From the NCBI GenBank assembly GCA_043811535.1, contig JBDRNC010000001.1, forward strand, positions 1 to 34,739: 34,739 nucleotides of DNA, in the 5' to 3' direction. This document shows, piece after piece, positions 1-9,800 of this stretch. The DNA comes from Elusimicrobiota bacterium. Lineage in GTDB: Bacteria > Elusimicrobiota > Endomicrobiia > Endomicrobiales > JBDRNC01. Numbering within the stretch: position 1 is the first letter of the stretch; every line of letters starts with the position of its first letter. The position numbers and the translations under genes were made by a program. The notes beneath the pieces are model-generated. The model was given only the letters and a program-made list of their open reading frames with translations. It was not told the DNA's origin and did no database searches.

Positions 1-149
1 AATACGCCGTGGCATGTATATTCCGGGAAGTGCGATGCGTTAGCCGCAGCAAACGTTGCATAGAAACGGCGGTTCTTTCAAAAAGAGGTTTACACCTTAA
101 GAAAAGTCAAAGACTGGCCTTGACAAACCCGACCACTTTAATTTACCAT

Positions 150-165
150 TGTTTCACGTGAAACA
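150..165. promoter_or_regulatory. parS centromere-like site 1 (TGTTTCACGTGAAACA), inside a 28-bp perfect palindrome at 144-171
   Basis: Matches the canonical bacterial parS palindrome and lies upstream of parAB. Confidence 0.95.
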
Positions 166-180
166 ATGGTACCTACGGCA

Positions 181-243
181 AATCGCTAAATGGCTTTATT
201 GCTAAATTGCTAACGGTTTTCAACCATTTAACCATATATCAAT
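181..243. repeat. Inverted 8-mer array hairpin, family A (AATGGCTA-like arm, AACCATTT-like arm)
   Basis: aatcgcta aatggctt tattgcta aattgcta ... aaccattt aaccatat atcaat. Confidence 0.7.
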
Positions 244-510
244 GTCTCCCTCATCCCTGGATTCCCCACCCTTCCCTTGAATCGCTGCTATCGCCTTTTC
301 TCCAAACCACGGTCTTCTTTCTTCCTTCTTCCATCTTCCGTCTTCCCCCCTTTCCCCTTCCTTTTCCCCTCTTTCTCTTCATGGTCTTTTTGAAACCGCG
401 ATTCCAATAATCCCGGAAACTGAAAGGCAGGTAGACGTAAGAAGTGAGATGGTAGAAGGATTCAATAGTGCTTTTCCATCTCCCTTTTCCCGTTTACCTT
501 CTCCCGGCCT
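244..510. repeat. Pyrimidine-rich heptamer arrays (TCTTCCN-like) and a purine/pyrimidine heptamer hairpin at about 427-510
   Basis: tcttctt tcttcct tcttcca tcttccg tcttccc at about 313-380; agaagtg agatggt agaagg ... cttttcc atctccc ttttccc. Confidence 0.55.
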
Positions 511-514
511 CAAT

Positions 515-530
515 TGTTTCACGTGAAACA
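515..530. promoter_or_regulatory. parS centromere-like site 2 (TGTTTCACGTGAAACA)
   Basis: Second exact copy, about 165 bp upstream of parA. Confidence 0.95.
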
Positions 531-540
531 AAATAGGGGC

Positions 541-612
541 AATGGCTAAATTGCTAAATGGTTATATTGCCGTAAGACGTTAGCCATTTAACAATATATC
601 AATTTAGCAATT
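541..612. repeat. Inverted 8-mer array hairpin, family A
   Basis: aatggcta aattgcta aatggtta tattgccg - taagacgt - tagccatt taacaata tatcaatt tagcaatt. Confidence 0.85.
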
Positions 613-626
613 AGACTTAATATCTC

Positions 627-655
627 TTGACCAAACGGCAGCTTTATTATATAAT
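627..655 (+). promoter_or_regulatory. Sigma70-type promoter for parAB
   Basis: TTGACC (627-632), 17-bp spacer, TATAAT (650-655), 40 bp upstream of the ATG. Confidence 0.75.
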
Positions 656-694
656 GAGCGGGTAAATTGAGATTATTTGAATAACAGGAAATTA

Positions 695-1459
695 ATGAAA
701 ACCATTGCGATTGCAAACCAAAAAGGCGGAGTAGGCAAGACCACAACGGCAGTAAACCTCGCGGCATGTCTGGCCCACCTCGGGCAGGAAACCCTCCTGA
801 TAGATATGGACCCTCAGGGAAACGCGACAAGCGGCCTCGGAATTGACAAAAAAACAGTTGAAAAACACATTTATCATGTCCTTATTGACCACGCGAAGCT
901 TGAAGAAACGCTTCTTCCGACGGAAATTGACTGGCTGGACCTCGTGCCGTCGCACATAGATCTTATCGGCGCCGAGATTGAACTTGTCAATTTGCCCGAG
1001 CGCGACATGCGGTTGAAGAGCGCCCTGGCCGGGCTTCAGAAGGTTTACAAGTACGTTATCATAGATTGCCCGCCCTCTCTTGGTCTTTTGACGCTTAACT
1101 CTCTGGCCGCCGCCAATTCCGTGCTGATACCTCTCCAGTGCGAATACTACGCGCTTGAGGGGCTTGGACAATTGCTAAAAACCATTGATTTAATAAGGCA
1201 AAATATAAACAGGGAACTGACTCTGGAAGGCGTGCTTCTGACGATGTACGACAGTCGCGTAAACCTTTCCGACCAGGTAATAGAGGAAGTTAAAAAACAT
1301 TTCGGCGACAAAGTATATACCTCGTTGATTCCACGCACAGTACGCCTTGCCGAAGCGCCGGGTTTCGGGAAACCTATCATTACTTATGATAGATCCTCGC
1401 GGGGCGCGTCGGCCTACCTGTCATTCGCCGCCGAATTAATGGATAAACAGAAAACATGA
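695..1459 (+). CDS. parA: ParA/Soj chromosome partitioning ATPase
   Basis: Deviant Walker A NQKGGVGKTT, DMDPQGNAT, IIDCPPSLG, QCEYYALEG. Start set to the ATG at 695 (MKTIAIAN). Confidence 0.97.
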   Translation: MKTIAIANQKGGVGKTTTAVNLAACLAHLGQETLLIDMDPQGNATSGLGIDKKTVEKHIYHVLIDHAKLEETLLPTEIDWLDLVPSHIDLIGAEIELVNLPERDMRLKSALAGLQKVYKYVIIDCPPSLGLLTLNSLAAANSVLIPLQCEYYALEGLGQLLKTIDLIRQNINRELTLEGVLLTMYDSRVNLSDQVIEEVKKHFGDKVYTSLIPRTVRLAEAPGFGKPIITYDRSSRGASAYLSFAAELMDKQKT

Positions 1460-1462
1460 CAA

Positions 1463-1551
1463 CGTACTGGGTAACGTGTATTGTGTATTGAGTAAAACAT
1501 AAGGCAAGGCACTTCAATAACACAATACCCGATACACAATAACTCGATACT
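1463..1551. repeat. Inverted heptamer array hairpin, family C (GTATTGT / ACAATAC)
   Basis: gtactgg gtaacgt gtattgt gtattga ... tcaataa cacaata cccgata cacaata; fills the parA-parB spacer. Confidence 0.75.
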
Positions 1552-1570
1552 AAACCGGAGGTTTAATAAC

Positions 1571-2437
1571 ATGCACAAAGCACTCGGAAGAGGACTGGAA
1601 TCGCTGCTGTCGGTTTCGTCGACGCCACCGGCAACTGCCGTGGGAGAAGCCGTAACCAGCGTGCCGGTCAGCCAGATCAAGCCGAACCGTTACCAGGCGC
1701 GCGTTGAATTCAACGAAAAGAAATTAAAGGAACTTTCGGAATCTATCAAGCGCCACGGCCTCGCCCAGCCGTTGTTAGTGACAACCTCCGTAGTACCCGG
1801 CGAGTACGAGCTTATCGCCGGCGAGCGGCGCCTGCGCGCGAGCAAGATGGCGGGTATTAAGGAAGTTCCGGTGATAGTCAGGCAGGCCGATGAAAAACAG
1901 AGGTTCCAATTATCGCTTATTGAAAACCTTCAGCGCGAGGACCTGAACCCCATTGAAGAGGCCCGCGCCTACTCGCGCCTTAGCAAGGATTTCCACGCCA
2001 CGCAGGAAGAGCTTGCGGAAGCGCTGGGCAAGGACCGCTCGGTCGTGGCGAACTCAATGCGCCTGCTGCATCTGCCCCAGGATATTCAGGACGCCATAGC
2101 GGAAGGGCTTATTTCTTCCGGGCACGGAAGGATACTGGCGGGAATAACTGACGAGGGGAAAGTAAAATCACTGGCTGAAAAGATAATAAAGGAAAAACTT
2201 ACCGTCAGGGAAGTGGAGAAGATAGTTTCCGACTGGAAATCAGTGCTTTCGGGCTCAAAGAAGAAGGTAAGAAAGCAGGATGCCGAGCTGATAAGCCTTG
2301 GCGAAGACCTTCAGCGGCGTTTCGGAACAAAAGTTAAGATCTCCGGCAGGCCCAGTAAGGGGAAAATAGAGATACATTATTTCTCGCTCAAGGAACTCGA
2401 AAGGATAGTTGCCGCGCTGAGAGGGAAGAAGAAATAA
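1571..2437 (+). CDS. parB: ParB/Spo0J partition protein
   Basis: N-terminal LGRGL, GERRLRA CTPase box, ENLQREDLNPIEEA, helix-turn-helix; SD GGAGG upstream. Confidence 0.97.
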   Translation: MHKALGRGLESLLSVSSTPPATAVGEAVTSVPVSQIKPNRYQARVEFNEKKLKELSESIKRHGLAQPLLVTTSVVPGEYELIAGERRLRASKMAGIKEVPVIVRQADEKQRFQLSLIENLQREDLNPIEEARAYSRLSKDFHATQEELAEALGKDRSVVANSMRLLHLPQDIQDAIAEGLISSGHGRILAGITDEGKVKSLAEKIIKEKLTVREVEKIVSDWKSVLSGSKKKVRKQDAELISLGEDLQRRFGTKVKISGRPSKGKIEIHYFSLKELERIVAALRGKKK

Positions 2438-2445
2438 TTACGACA

Positions 2446-2525
2446 GTATCTGGTATCTCGTATCTAGTATCTCGGAAAGGCAACAACACAAAGGCGAGAT
2501 ACGAACGACGAGATACGAGATACGA
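2446..2525. repeat. Inverted heptamer array hairpin, family B (GTATCTC / GAGATAC)
   Basis: gtatctg gtatctc gtatcta gtatctc ... cgagata cgaacga cgagata cgagata. Confidence 0.85.
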
Positions 2526-2538
2526 TTTTGGAGGAGAT

Positions 2539-3627
2539 ATGTTTAAAAACACATTGATAATTCAAGCACTATTACTATCTATCTTGGTCTCGGCGGTGTT
2601 TGCTGAGGGGGGTACGATAGACATCCAGGGTCTCGAAAGAATCCAGCCGGAGACGCAGGAACAACCCGTAGCGGGTTCGGAACCGGCGCAGTATTACCGC
2701 CGCCCGCTGCCCGTCTATATTTCGGAACTTTCCAATATCAACGACTACACGCTTTTCGCCAACGGCGGGTGGGACGGCAACTGGTATGTCGGCTACAACG
2801 CATGCTGGATGGAAGAGATCCCGCAGCCTCCCGATGGGGAATACCGCAAGGCCTACATAGGAGTGAAACTCGGCCGCATGAAAACGCGCCGCGTAACCGG
2901 AAAGCCCTCGTGGGAAAAAGAGGCGATACCCGGCGTCGTCTACGGCGCGCTTTCATCAACCCCGGCATGGAAATCCAACCAGCAGTATTTTCTCGCGGCC
3001 TCTGAGGATATCTCTCTTGAATCCGATCCCGAAAACGCGATTGAAGGCGTGGGCGAGTCGCGCTGGTTCTGGGCGGAGGTCCCGCTTGAAAAGGTGAACA
3101 TGAGCGGGCCGAATTACGTCGCGGTCTGGTCGCCGACTGAATTCTTCGTTTCTGTGGCCAGCTCGCCGATACTGGCGGCCGGGTGGGGAAGCAAAAAAGC
3201 CAACTCATGGATAACGAACGATATCAAGGGCTACCCCCCGCTTACCTCTGTTGAAGCGCTCAAAACGCCGATCACTATCTTTGAACCGGCCATCGCGATG
3301 AAACTCGTCCCGATAGGAACCGAACAGGAGATTGCGGTCAGTATTTCGGCGATAAAAGAGGGGCGCGATAAAACTTCAAATAAAACCTTCATAGCGGATG
3401 TATCGGGCGAAGGTATTGAAAAAGCTTGGCTGGAGATGACTATCGACGGGAAGAAATGGGAAAGGAACGGAAGGACAATATATTCAGCGCCGTACGTACT
3501 GACGCTCATCGGCGACAAGATGCCGGAAGGGAAGAATCAAATCCGCGTCGCTGTTTCCGATATCTGGGGAAACATAGGATACAGCGAGCCCGCGGAGATA
3601 CTTGTGACAAGAACGCAGGGAAAATAA
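2539..3627 (+). CDS. Secreted hypothetical protein with a probable C-terminal Ig-like domain
   Basis: Signal peptide, strong SD GGAGGAG, and a C-terminal pattern (APY...G.NQIRVAVSDIWGN) typical of bacterial Ig-like domains. Confidence 0.75.
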   Translation: MFKNTLIIQALLLSILVSAVFAEGGTIDIQGLERIQPETQEQPVAGSEPAQYYRRPLPVYISELSNINDYTLFANGGWDGNWYVGYNACWMEEIPQPPDGEYRKAYIGVKLGRMKTRRVTGKPSWEKEAIPGVVYGALSSTPAWKSNQQYFLAASEDISLESDPENAIEGVGESRWFWAEVPLEKVNMSGPNYVAVWSPTEFFVSVASSPILAAGWGSKKANSWITNDIKGYPPLTSVEALKTPITIFEPAIAMKLVPIGTEQEIAVSISAIKEGRDKTSNKTFIADVSGEGIEKAWLEMTIDGKKWERNGRTIYSAPYVLTLIGDKMPEGKNQIRVAVSDIWGNIGYSEPAEILVTRTQGK

Positions 3628-3698
3628 ATTGCCAAATTGTTAAATGGTTAAATTGCTGAAAGACGTTAGCCATTAAGCAATATAGCCATTTGGCCATT
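3627..3698. repeat. Inverted 8-mer array hairpin, family A
   Basis: aattgcca aattgtta aatggtta aattgctg - aaagacgt - tagccatt aagcaata tagccatt tggccatt; same loop (aagacgt) as 541-612. Confidence 0.85.
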
Positions 3699-3703
3699 CG
3701 AAA

Positions 3704-5494
3704 ATGATGAATAAAACTCAAAAACGTTTCAATAAAGAAACTCAACCGCCTAATATCAACTGGCAGGAGCTTGTTCCGGTTATTCTGCTTTCGCTCGTGC
3801 TCTTCTTCGCGCCGCTGTTTCCCGACGTAAAACTCACGCGGCCGAAACTCCTGCTTCTTGAAACGGGCCTTTACGGCCTTCTTTTCATCTGGCTTTTCAT
3901 CAGTTTCGCCTACGGAAAGCTCCGCGTCAAGGTTTCGCTTCTTACGGCGCCGGTGCTGGCGTACGGCGCGGTGACCGCGCTGTTTTACTTTCTTTCGCCG
4001 GATAAGATAGTGGCGCTAAACGAGCTGAAACGAAGCATGCTCTCGCTTAGCGCGTATTTTGTCGCGGCTAACGTCATACGTTCCGAAAAACAGTTTCTGG
4101 CTGTAGCGGGCTCTTGGCTAGCGGGAACCTTCCTTTCCATATTGTACGGAATGCTGCAGCATTCCGGCGGCATATGGATGGTTGCGGTTCCGAAAATGGA
4201 CCGCGTGATGTCCACCTCCGGCAACCCCATATTTTTCGCGGCCTGCATTGTGGTTCTTTTGCCCATAGCCATCGGGCTTATTCTATATGTCAGGAAATTC
4301 CAGGCGAAGATTTTCATCGCGGCGGCTATTTTTTGCGGTATCATAGCGCTCTACTACACCGAAACCCGCGCCGCGCTGATAGCTTTCGGCGTTTCGATGC
4401 TCGCGATGATATTCCTTGCGGTCAAGAACGCCAAAACGCGCCTTATTATGCTCGGGGCGCTGGCGCTCCTCGGCATCATCATAGGCATCGCGACCAGGAA
4501 CATCTGGTTCCGCCAGCAGGAACACCTGCTCATCTGGCGGGACACGCTGGCAATGTGGTCGCATTACCCGTGGACAGGCACGGGCCCGGGGACGTTCCAC
4601 ATATACTTCCCGCAGTTCGCTTCAGACCAGCTGAAAGCCGTGTGGCCGCAGGGCATTTTCATAGTCAACGACGCCCACAACGAGTACGTCCAGTATCTGA
4701 GCGAAACCGGTATTATCGGCTTCGGCGTGTTCTTGTGGCTGATAATATCGTTTTTCGTCAACGCTTTCAGGATTCACAGGAATGAAACCGGCCCGAAAAG
4801 GTTTTTGATAGCCGGGCTCATCGCTTCGGCCGCGGGGGTACTCACGCAGAACATATTTTCGGTGGACATGCGGTTCATAATATCGGCGGTTTATCTGTTC
4901 ATCGTGATGGGCATGCTGGAGGTCTTCGGTTCGCGCGTCTTCTCAAGGGAAAATCTCAGCGCAAACATAAAGATAGCCGGGTGCGTTGCGGTACTGGTTG
5001 TTTCCGGGCTCGTATTCCCGAAAGTCTTTCAGCCGTATATCGCCCAGAGCAGGGTCGCCGCGACGCCCGATTTCTTCGACGAGAAAGTCCTTGAAGCGCA
5101 AAAGACCCTGGCCGACCTTGAGGCAATGGCGCAGAAATTCCCGGACCAGTCGCTGGTCTTTGAAAAACTGGGCTGGGTTTACGCGAAAGAAAAGAACTGG
5201 GCGAAAGCGATAGAAAACATGGAAAAAGCCGCGCGGCTGGACCCTAATTCCTTCGGACCGCTCAATAACATAGGCAACATCTACTTCCTGACCGGCAACC
5301 GCCCCAAAGCGATTGAGTACTGGGTGCGCTCGCTGAAAATAAAACCGGACCAGATAGACAGCCGCCTTAACCTTGCCACCGCGTATTACTACAACGGCCA
5401 GCTGAAAGATGCAGTGGACCAGTTAAAAATAGTGCTAAAGATAGAACCCGGCAACGAAAAGGCAATAGTAATGCTTAAACAGATGACAGAGTGA
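3704..5494 (+). CDS. O-antigen ligase-like (Wzy_C) membrane protein with C-terminal TPR repeats
   Basis: Many transmembrane segments, STSGNP, TETRAA, GTGPGTF and AHNEY motifs, and several TPRs at the C-terminus. Confidence 0.88.
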   Translation: MMNKTQKRFNKETQPPNINWQELVPVILLSLVLFFAPLFPDVKLTRPKLLLLETGLYGLLFIWLFISFAYGKLRVKVSLLTAPVLAYGAVTALFYFLSPDKIVALNELKRSMLSLSAYFVAANVIRSEKQFLAVAGSWLAGTFLSILYGMLQHSGGIWMVAVPKMDRVMSTSGNPIFFAACIVVLLPIAIGLILYVRKFQAKIFIAAAIFCGIIALYYTETRAALIAFGVSMLAMIFLAVKNAKTRLIMLGALALLGIIIGIATRNIWFRQQEHLLIWRDTLAMWSHYPWTGTGPGTFHIYFPQFASDQLKAVWPQGIFIVNDAHNEYVQYLSETGIIGFGVFLWLIISFFVNAFRIHRNETGPKRFLIAGLIASAAGVLTQNIFSVDMRFIISAVYLFIVMGMLEVFGSRVFSRENLSANIKIAGCVAVLVVSGLVFPKVFQPYIAQSRVAATPDFFDEKVLEAQKTLADLEAMAQKFPDQSLVFEKLGWVYAKEKNWAKAIENMEKAARLDPNSFGPLNNIGNIYFLTGNRPKAIEYWVRSLKIKPDQIDSRLNLATAYYYNGQLKDAVDQLKIVLKIEPGNEKAIVMLKQMTE

Positions 5495-5522
5495 GGCAGG
5501 GTCCAGGGAAGACCAAACAGCT

Positions 5523-5560
5523 TGTCATTGCGAGTCCGCCGCGACGGACGAAGCAATCTC
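5523..5560. repeat. Short REP-like palindromic element (TGTCATTGCGAG...CGAAGCAATCTC)
   Basis: Imperfect palindrome attgc-gagtccg-ccg-cgacggac-gaagcaat; resembles widespread bacterial palindromic repeats. Confidence 0.6.
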
Positions 5561-5840
5561 ACAGTTGGTTATACTCCTTCGCATTATTCAGTCATAGAGA
5601 GGGGTAAGGGGTGAAAGGCATGTAACCCCCTTTATTTCACTTCCGAAGTGGCGGAGACTCTCTGTAGGGACTAGTGACTAGGAAAGACAAAAAGACACCT
5701 GCGAGGTGGCCGGATGGACTCCTCGTAGGTGGCGCAGCCGGTCAGGGAATAAGTAGCCGGGACTTTAGTCCCGGAACCAAAGCCGTTACCGATGCGGGAT
5801 CGGTATTGGCTGCCTTGCAGATGGAAAAGGTCAGCAGTAG

Positions 5841-5979
5841 GCCGTGCATATCGCGTGCGCAAAATACGCACGGGGCCGTGCGTATTTCAATAACGCATTG
5901 ATTTATCAAGCAATAAATATGCACGCAAATACGCACGCTTTGCGCACGGGTCTAAGGCCGTGCATAAAGCCGTGCGTAT
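5841..5979. repeat. Cluster of nine CGTGCRYA repeats in both orientations around an IHF consensus site; att- or iteron-like
   Basis: TAACGCATTGATT (5891-5903) is the reverse complement of WATCAANNNNTTR; flanked by gccgtgcata, gccgtgcgta and tacgcacg copies. Confidence 0.65.
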
Positions 5980-6000
5980 CGTAAAACCAAAGGAGGGGGA

Positions 6001-6747
6001 ATGAATAAGACAGATCATTTAACTAGTTCAGAATATAATTTTCTAAATTATTTTCTTAAACCAACAGTATTTAATAAAACACATACTATTACTGATCTCA
6101 AACGTAATTCACGTAATTATTCTAGGTATTCGGATGGTTCTGATACAACGATAAAGAATTTGATTGCAAAAAAAGTATTAAGTCTTTCTCCGGATGCAAG
6201 GTTAGTGAAATATACTGATTTAGGATTAGAGCTCTACAATATTAAATCATCGGAGCAAGAAAAGTGGGAGCAACAACCAATCATTAAAGTTAGTAGTTTC
6301 GAAAATGATAAAGATCAAATTCTGATTAATTCGGGCGAAATGTTTAAAGCGAATAGACTTCTAAGGGAAATATTTTCTTCGGCAAATAAATCTCTTTCTA
6401 TTATTGATGGATATTTGGGATCAAATATATTTGATATTCTCGAAGATACTAACAATAATATTTCATTACGTATAATAACTACATCCGATATCAAATCTAA
6501 TGTAAAAGCAGTATTTGAGGCATATAAAAACCAATATAAAAATGCAAGTATCAAGATCTTATCGAAGAAGTTGTTAGATATTCATGATAGATATCTATTT
6601 GTTGATAAAGATATTGTTTATCATTTTGGACATTCATTAAAAGATTTAGGAAAGAAAACTTCAAGCGTTCATAGGATTAAAGATGAAAAACAATTAGTTG
6701 AATTACGAGAATCGTTTGAAAAACTTTGGAATACGAAAAATGAGTAG
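6001..6747 (+). CDS. AT-rich hypothetical protein with a C-terminal PLD-like (HDR...G.S) domain
   Basis: IIDGY, IHDRYLFVD and YHFGHSLKDLG motifs; SD AAGGAGG; clearly lower GC than its neighbours. Confidence 0.7.
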   Translation: MNKTDHLTSSEYNFLNYFLKPTVFNKTHTITDLKRNSRNYSRYSDGSDTTIKNLIAKKVLSLSPDARLVKYTDLGLELYNIKSSEQEKWEQQPIIKVSSFENDKDQILINSGEMFKANRLLREIFSSANKSLSIIDGYLGSNIFDILEDTNNNISLRIITTSDIKSNVKAVFEAYKNQYKNASIKILSKKLLDIHDRYLFVDKDIVYHFGHSLKDLGKKTSSVHRIKDEKQLVELRESFEKLWNTKNE

Positions 6748-6777
6748 AAATAGCGATAGGGGATAGAGTTAAATTAG

Positions 6778-6809
6778 GCCTCCCGCCACATCGTAAGTGG
6801 CGGATGGCA
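6778..6809. repeat. 32-bp hairpin repeat, copy 1 (GCCTCCCGCCAC-N6-AGTGGCGGATGGCA)
   Basis: 26 of 32 positions identical to 9913-9944; only the central 6 nt differ. Confidence 0.85.
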
Positions 6810-6822
6810 GGATGTTGTTGTT

Positions 6823-6853
6823 CCTGGACCCTTGACCCTGGCCCCTGGACCCT
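6823..6853. repeat. Heptamer array (CCTGGAC-like), right arm of family G; inverted partner at 5498-5508
   Basis: cctggac ccttgac cctggcc cctggac cct; agggtccaggg at 5498-5508 is the exact reverse complement of 6843-6853. Confidence 0.65.
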
Positions 6854-6856
6854 AAT

Positions 6857-9800
6857 ATGATGAGACCACATAAAACATTAGCAATATTAATAGTATTATC
6901 CGCGCTCGCAACTGCGGTTTCGAATGCGGCTGTAACCGTAACGGCGTCGTCGGAGCAGGCGCCCGAATTCCAGGCGTCGTATGCGGCGGACACGGATAAG
7001 GGCACCCGCTGGTCCAGCGAGTTCGCCGATAACCAGTGGATCATGTTTGACCTGGGGAAGCGACAGAGCGCGGCAGGGCTGATCGTTCTCTGGGAAGACG
7101 CGTTCGCGAAAGAATATAAAATACTGGTTTCGGACAACAAGGTTAATTGGAAAGAAGTTAAGGATATAAAAAACGCTCCGGGAGGGGAGGAGACAGTAAA
7201 TTTCGGGAAAGCGTTGAAATTCAGGTACTGTAAATTGGAACTTATTAAAAGGGCGACAGGATGGGGGTTTTCAATCTATGAATGCAGGTTTCTCAATGAC
7301 AAAGAGTTTAAGAACGAATTGGCGAGAAACGCGCCTCCAAAGGATATGTTTGCGTTCCCCTTGCCAATGGACGACAGCGAGCCGGTATTTTTTGACTTAA
7401 GCGTGCTTAACCACAAGCCCGCGGGTAAACACGGGCGTGTCACGGCCGGGCCCGACGGGCATTTTTACGCCGGCGGAAAGAGAATAAAATTCGTAGGTGT
7501 TGACATGACGGAACTTCCCACGAAGGAAAACGCGGAGAAGACCGCGAAACATCTGGCAAAATACGGCGTAAATGTCGTAAGGTTCCATTTAATGGAATGG
7601 TTTATTTTTGACGGTCGTTTCGGGGACACAAGGCATCTGCGAAAGGATATGCTTGATACTTTCGATTGTTTCGTCGCTAAACTCAAGGAAAACGGCATAT
7701 ACTCCAATGTAAATCTTCTCTGCGGAAGGAATTTCATGCCCTCGGACGGGCTCCCGGAATCCATTAAAAATATTGATTGGAAAGAACAGGGTTCAATAGC
7801 CTGTATTGATAAAAGGATGATAGAACTGCAGAAGGAATACGCGAAGAACCTTCTGGACAGAGTAAACCCATACACGGGATTGTCGTATATTGAAGACCCC
7901 GCAATCGCTTTTGTGGAGATAAACAACGAGAACGGGGTCATAATATCATGGCTCCGCGGTTACTATGATAAACTGACGGAAGATTTCTCGGCGGATATGA
8001 AAAAAGAATGGAATGAATATCTTTTAAAGAAGTATAAAACCGCCGAGAATTTAAAAAAAACATGGTCTATTAACGACCCCCCGGGGAAAGAGCTGCTCGC
8101 GAACGGCGATTTCTCAAAGGGAACGGAAAATTGGTACGTAGAACAGCACGAGGGGGCCAGGATAGTGAATACCGTAGAAAAAGACGGCCCCGGCGTCAAA
8201 AACGCCTCAAAGATAGAGGTGGTTAAGACAGGGGCGTACAACTGGCATATACAGTTCAATCAGCGGAGCCTTGAACTGAAAAAAGACGCTTTTTATACGC
8301 TGTCGTTCCGGGCAAAAGCGGATAGGAATAAAACAATAACGGTCACGGTAAACCAGGCGTACGAACCGTGGGAAGGAATGGGGTTCACGCAGGACATCAA
8401 GCTGACAAAGGAATGGGGAAAGTACGAATATATCGTTGCTCCGGTAAAGTCTGATTCCGACGCGAGGTTAAGTTTCTTTAATATGTGCTCCGGGACCGGA
8501 ACATACTGGTTTGCCGATGTATCGCTCAAACCGGGTGTAAATACGGATTTTGCGGCCGCGGACGGCCTGAATAGGATGATGGTGGGTCTGATAGGATTCA
8601 GCGATATCAACAAAGTCGTGCCCCGCGCGCTCAATGATTGGTTAAGTTTCCTTTTTCAAGAAGAAAGACATTACTGGGGAACGATGTATAAATATCTGAA
8701 AGATGAATTAAAAGGAAAATTTCTGGTTTGCGGGACCGTTGTCGGCTGCAGCACCCCCAACAGTATGAATGAACTTGATTATATAGACACGCATGCTTAC
8801 TGGATGCACCCGGGTTTTCCTAATCAGGCCTGGAGCCGGACCGACTGGTTTGTCGGAAACAACGCGCTGATAGACGAACCGTTGGGCCAGCCGGTCAGTG
8901 AGGTCGCAGTAAAAAGGGTGTACGGGAAGCCATTCACCGTTTCCGAGTACGACCATCCCGCGCCGAACGTCTACGCGGCAGAGGCATATCTGCTGCTCGG
9001 CAGTTATTCCGCCTTTCAGGACTGGGACGGATACTACGGATTTGCGTACGGGGACCTGACATATGATTGGATTAAGTCGCACTTTTGTCTCGGACAGCAC
9101 ACTTCAAAATTCATGAATTTTCTGGCCGCGGCGTGCCTTTTCAGGAGAGGGGATATTTCGCCTTCAGGCAAGACGGCATATGTGGACATGAGCTTCGCTG
9201 ACGAGATGGATATTATAAAACGGTACAGGTACGCGTGGATCGTCACGGATGCCGAGTTCAAGGGAATGAGAAGGGAAACATCGTTTTTGTATAAGACATG
9301 CATTGTTCCGGAGGGCGGGCAGGCCCAAAAAGGCTGGGTGAAGGCGGAACAGGCGGAAATACCGGTAGACGGCATTTACCGTTCTGATACCGGCGAGATA
9401 GAATGGGACACTAAAGCAGGGATATTCAAAGTGGACACACCGATGAGTAAGATAATTGCCGGCCGCGTAGCCGGAAAAAAGTTTGACTTGGACGGGATAA
9501 GTATCAAACCGGGCGCCAACAAGTTGAACTGGTGCACGTTCACGATGACAGCGTTTGAAACGCAGGATTTTAAGAAACCTCCGATGAAGATACTGTTGAC
9601 GGCGACTGGCGCCGTCATGAATTCAGGAATGAAATATAAAGTGTATCCTGACATACCGGTTGATTTTCCGCCTCCGGAAGACGCGCTTGTCACGCTGGGC
9701 GCCGACTGGGGCCGTTCTCCCGTGATAGCGGAGGGTATAAGCGCTGAAATAGTATTACCCTACAAAAAAGAGAGCGTAAAGGTTTACGCGCTGGACAATA

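Noticed and set aside
207..410. 67-aa ORF
   Set aside because: It is a translation of pyrimidine-rich repeats with no SD and biased composition.
1..690. oriC next to parAB
   Set aside because: I found no cluster of DnaA boxes (TTATCCACA) and no dnaA gene in the window.
5608..5760. tmRNA (GGGGTGAAAGG) or SRP RNA (GTCAGG...AGTAGC)
   Set aside because: No TTCGA T-arm or CCA end for tmRNA, and no GNRA-capped SRP helix.
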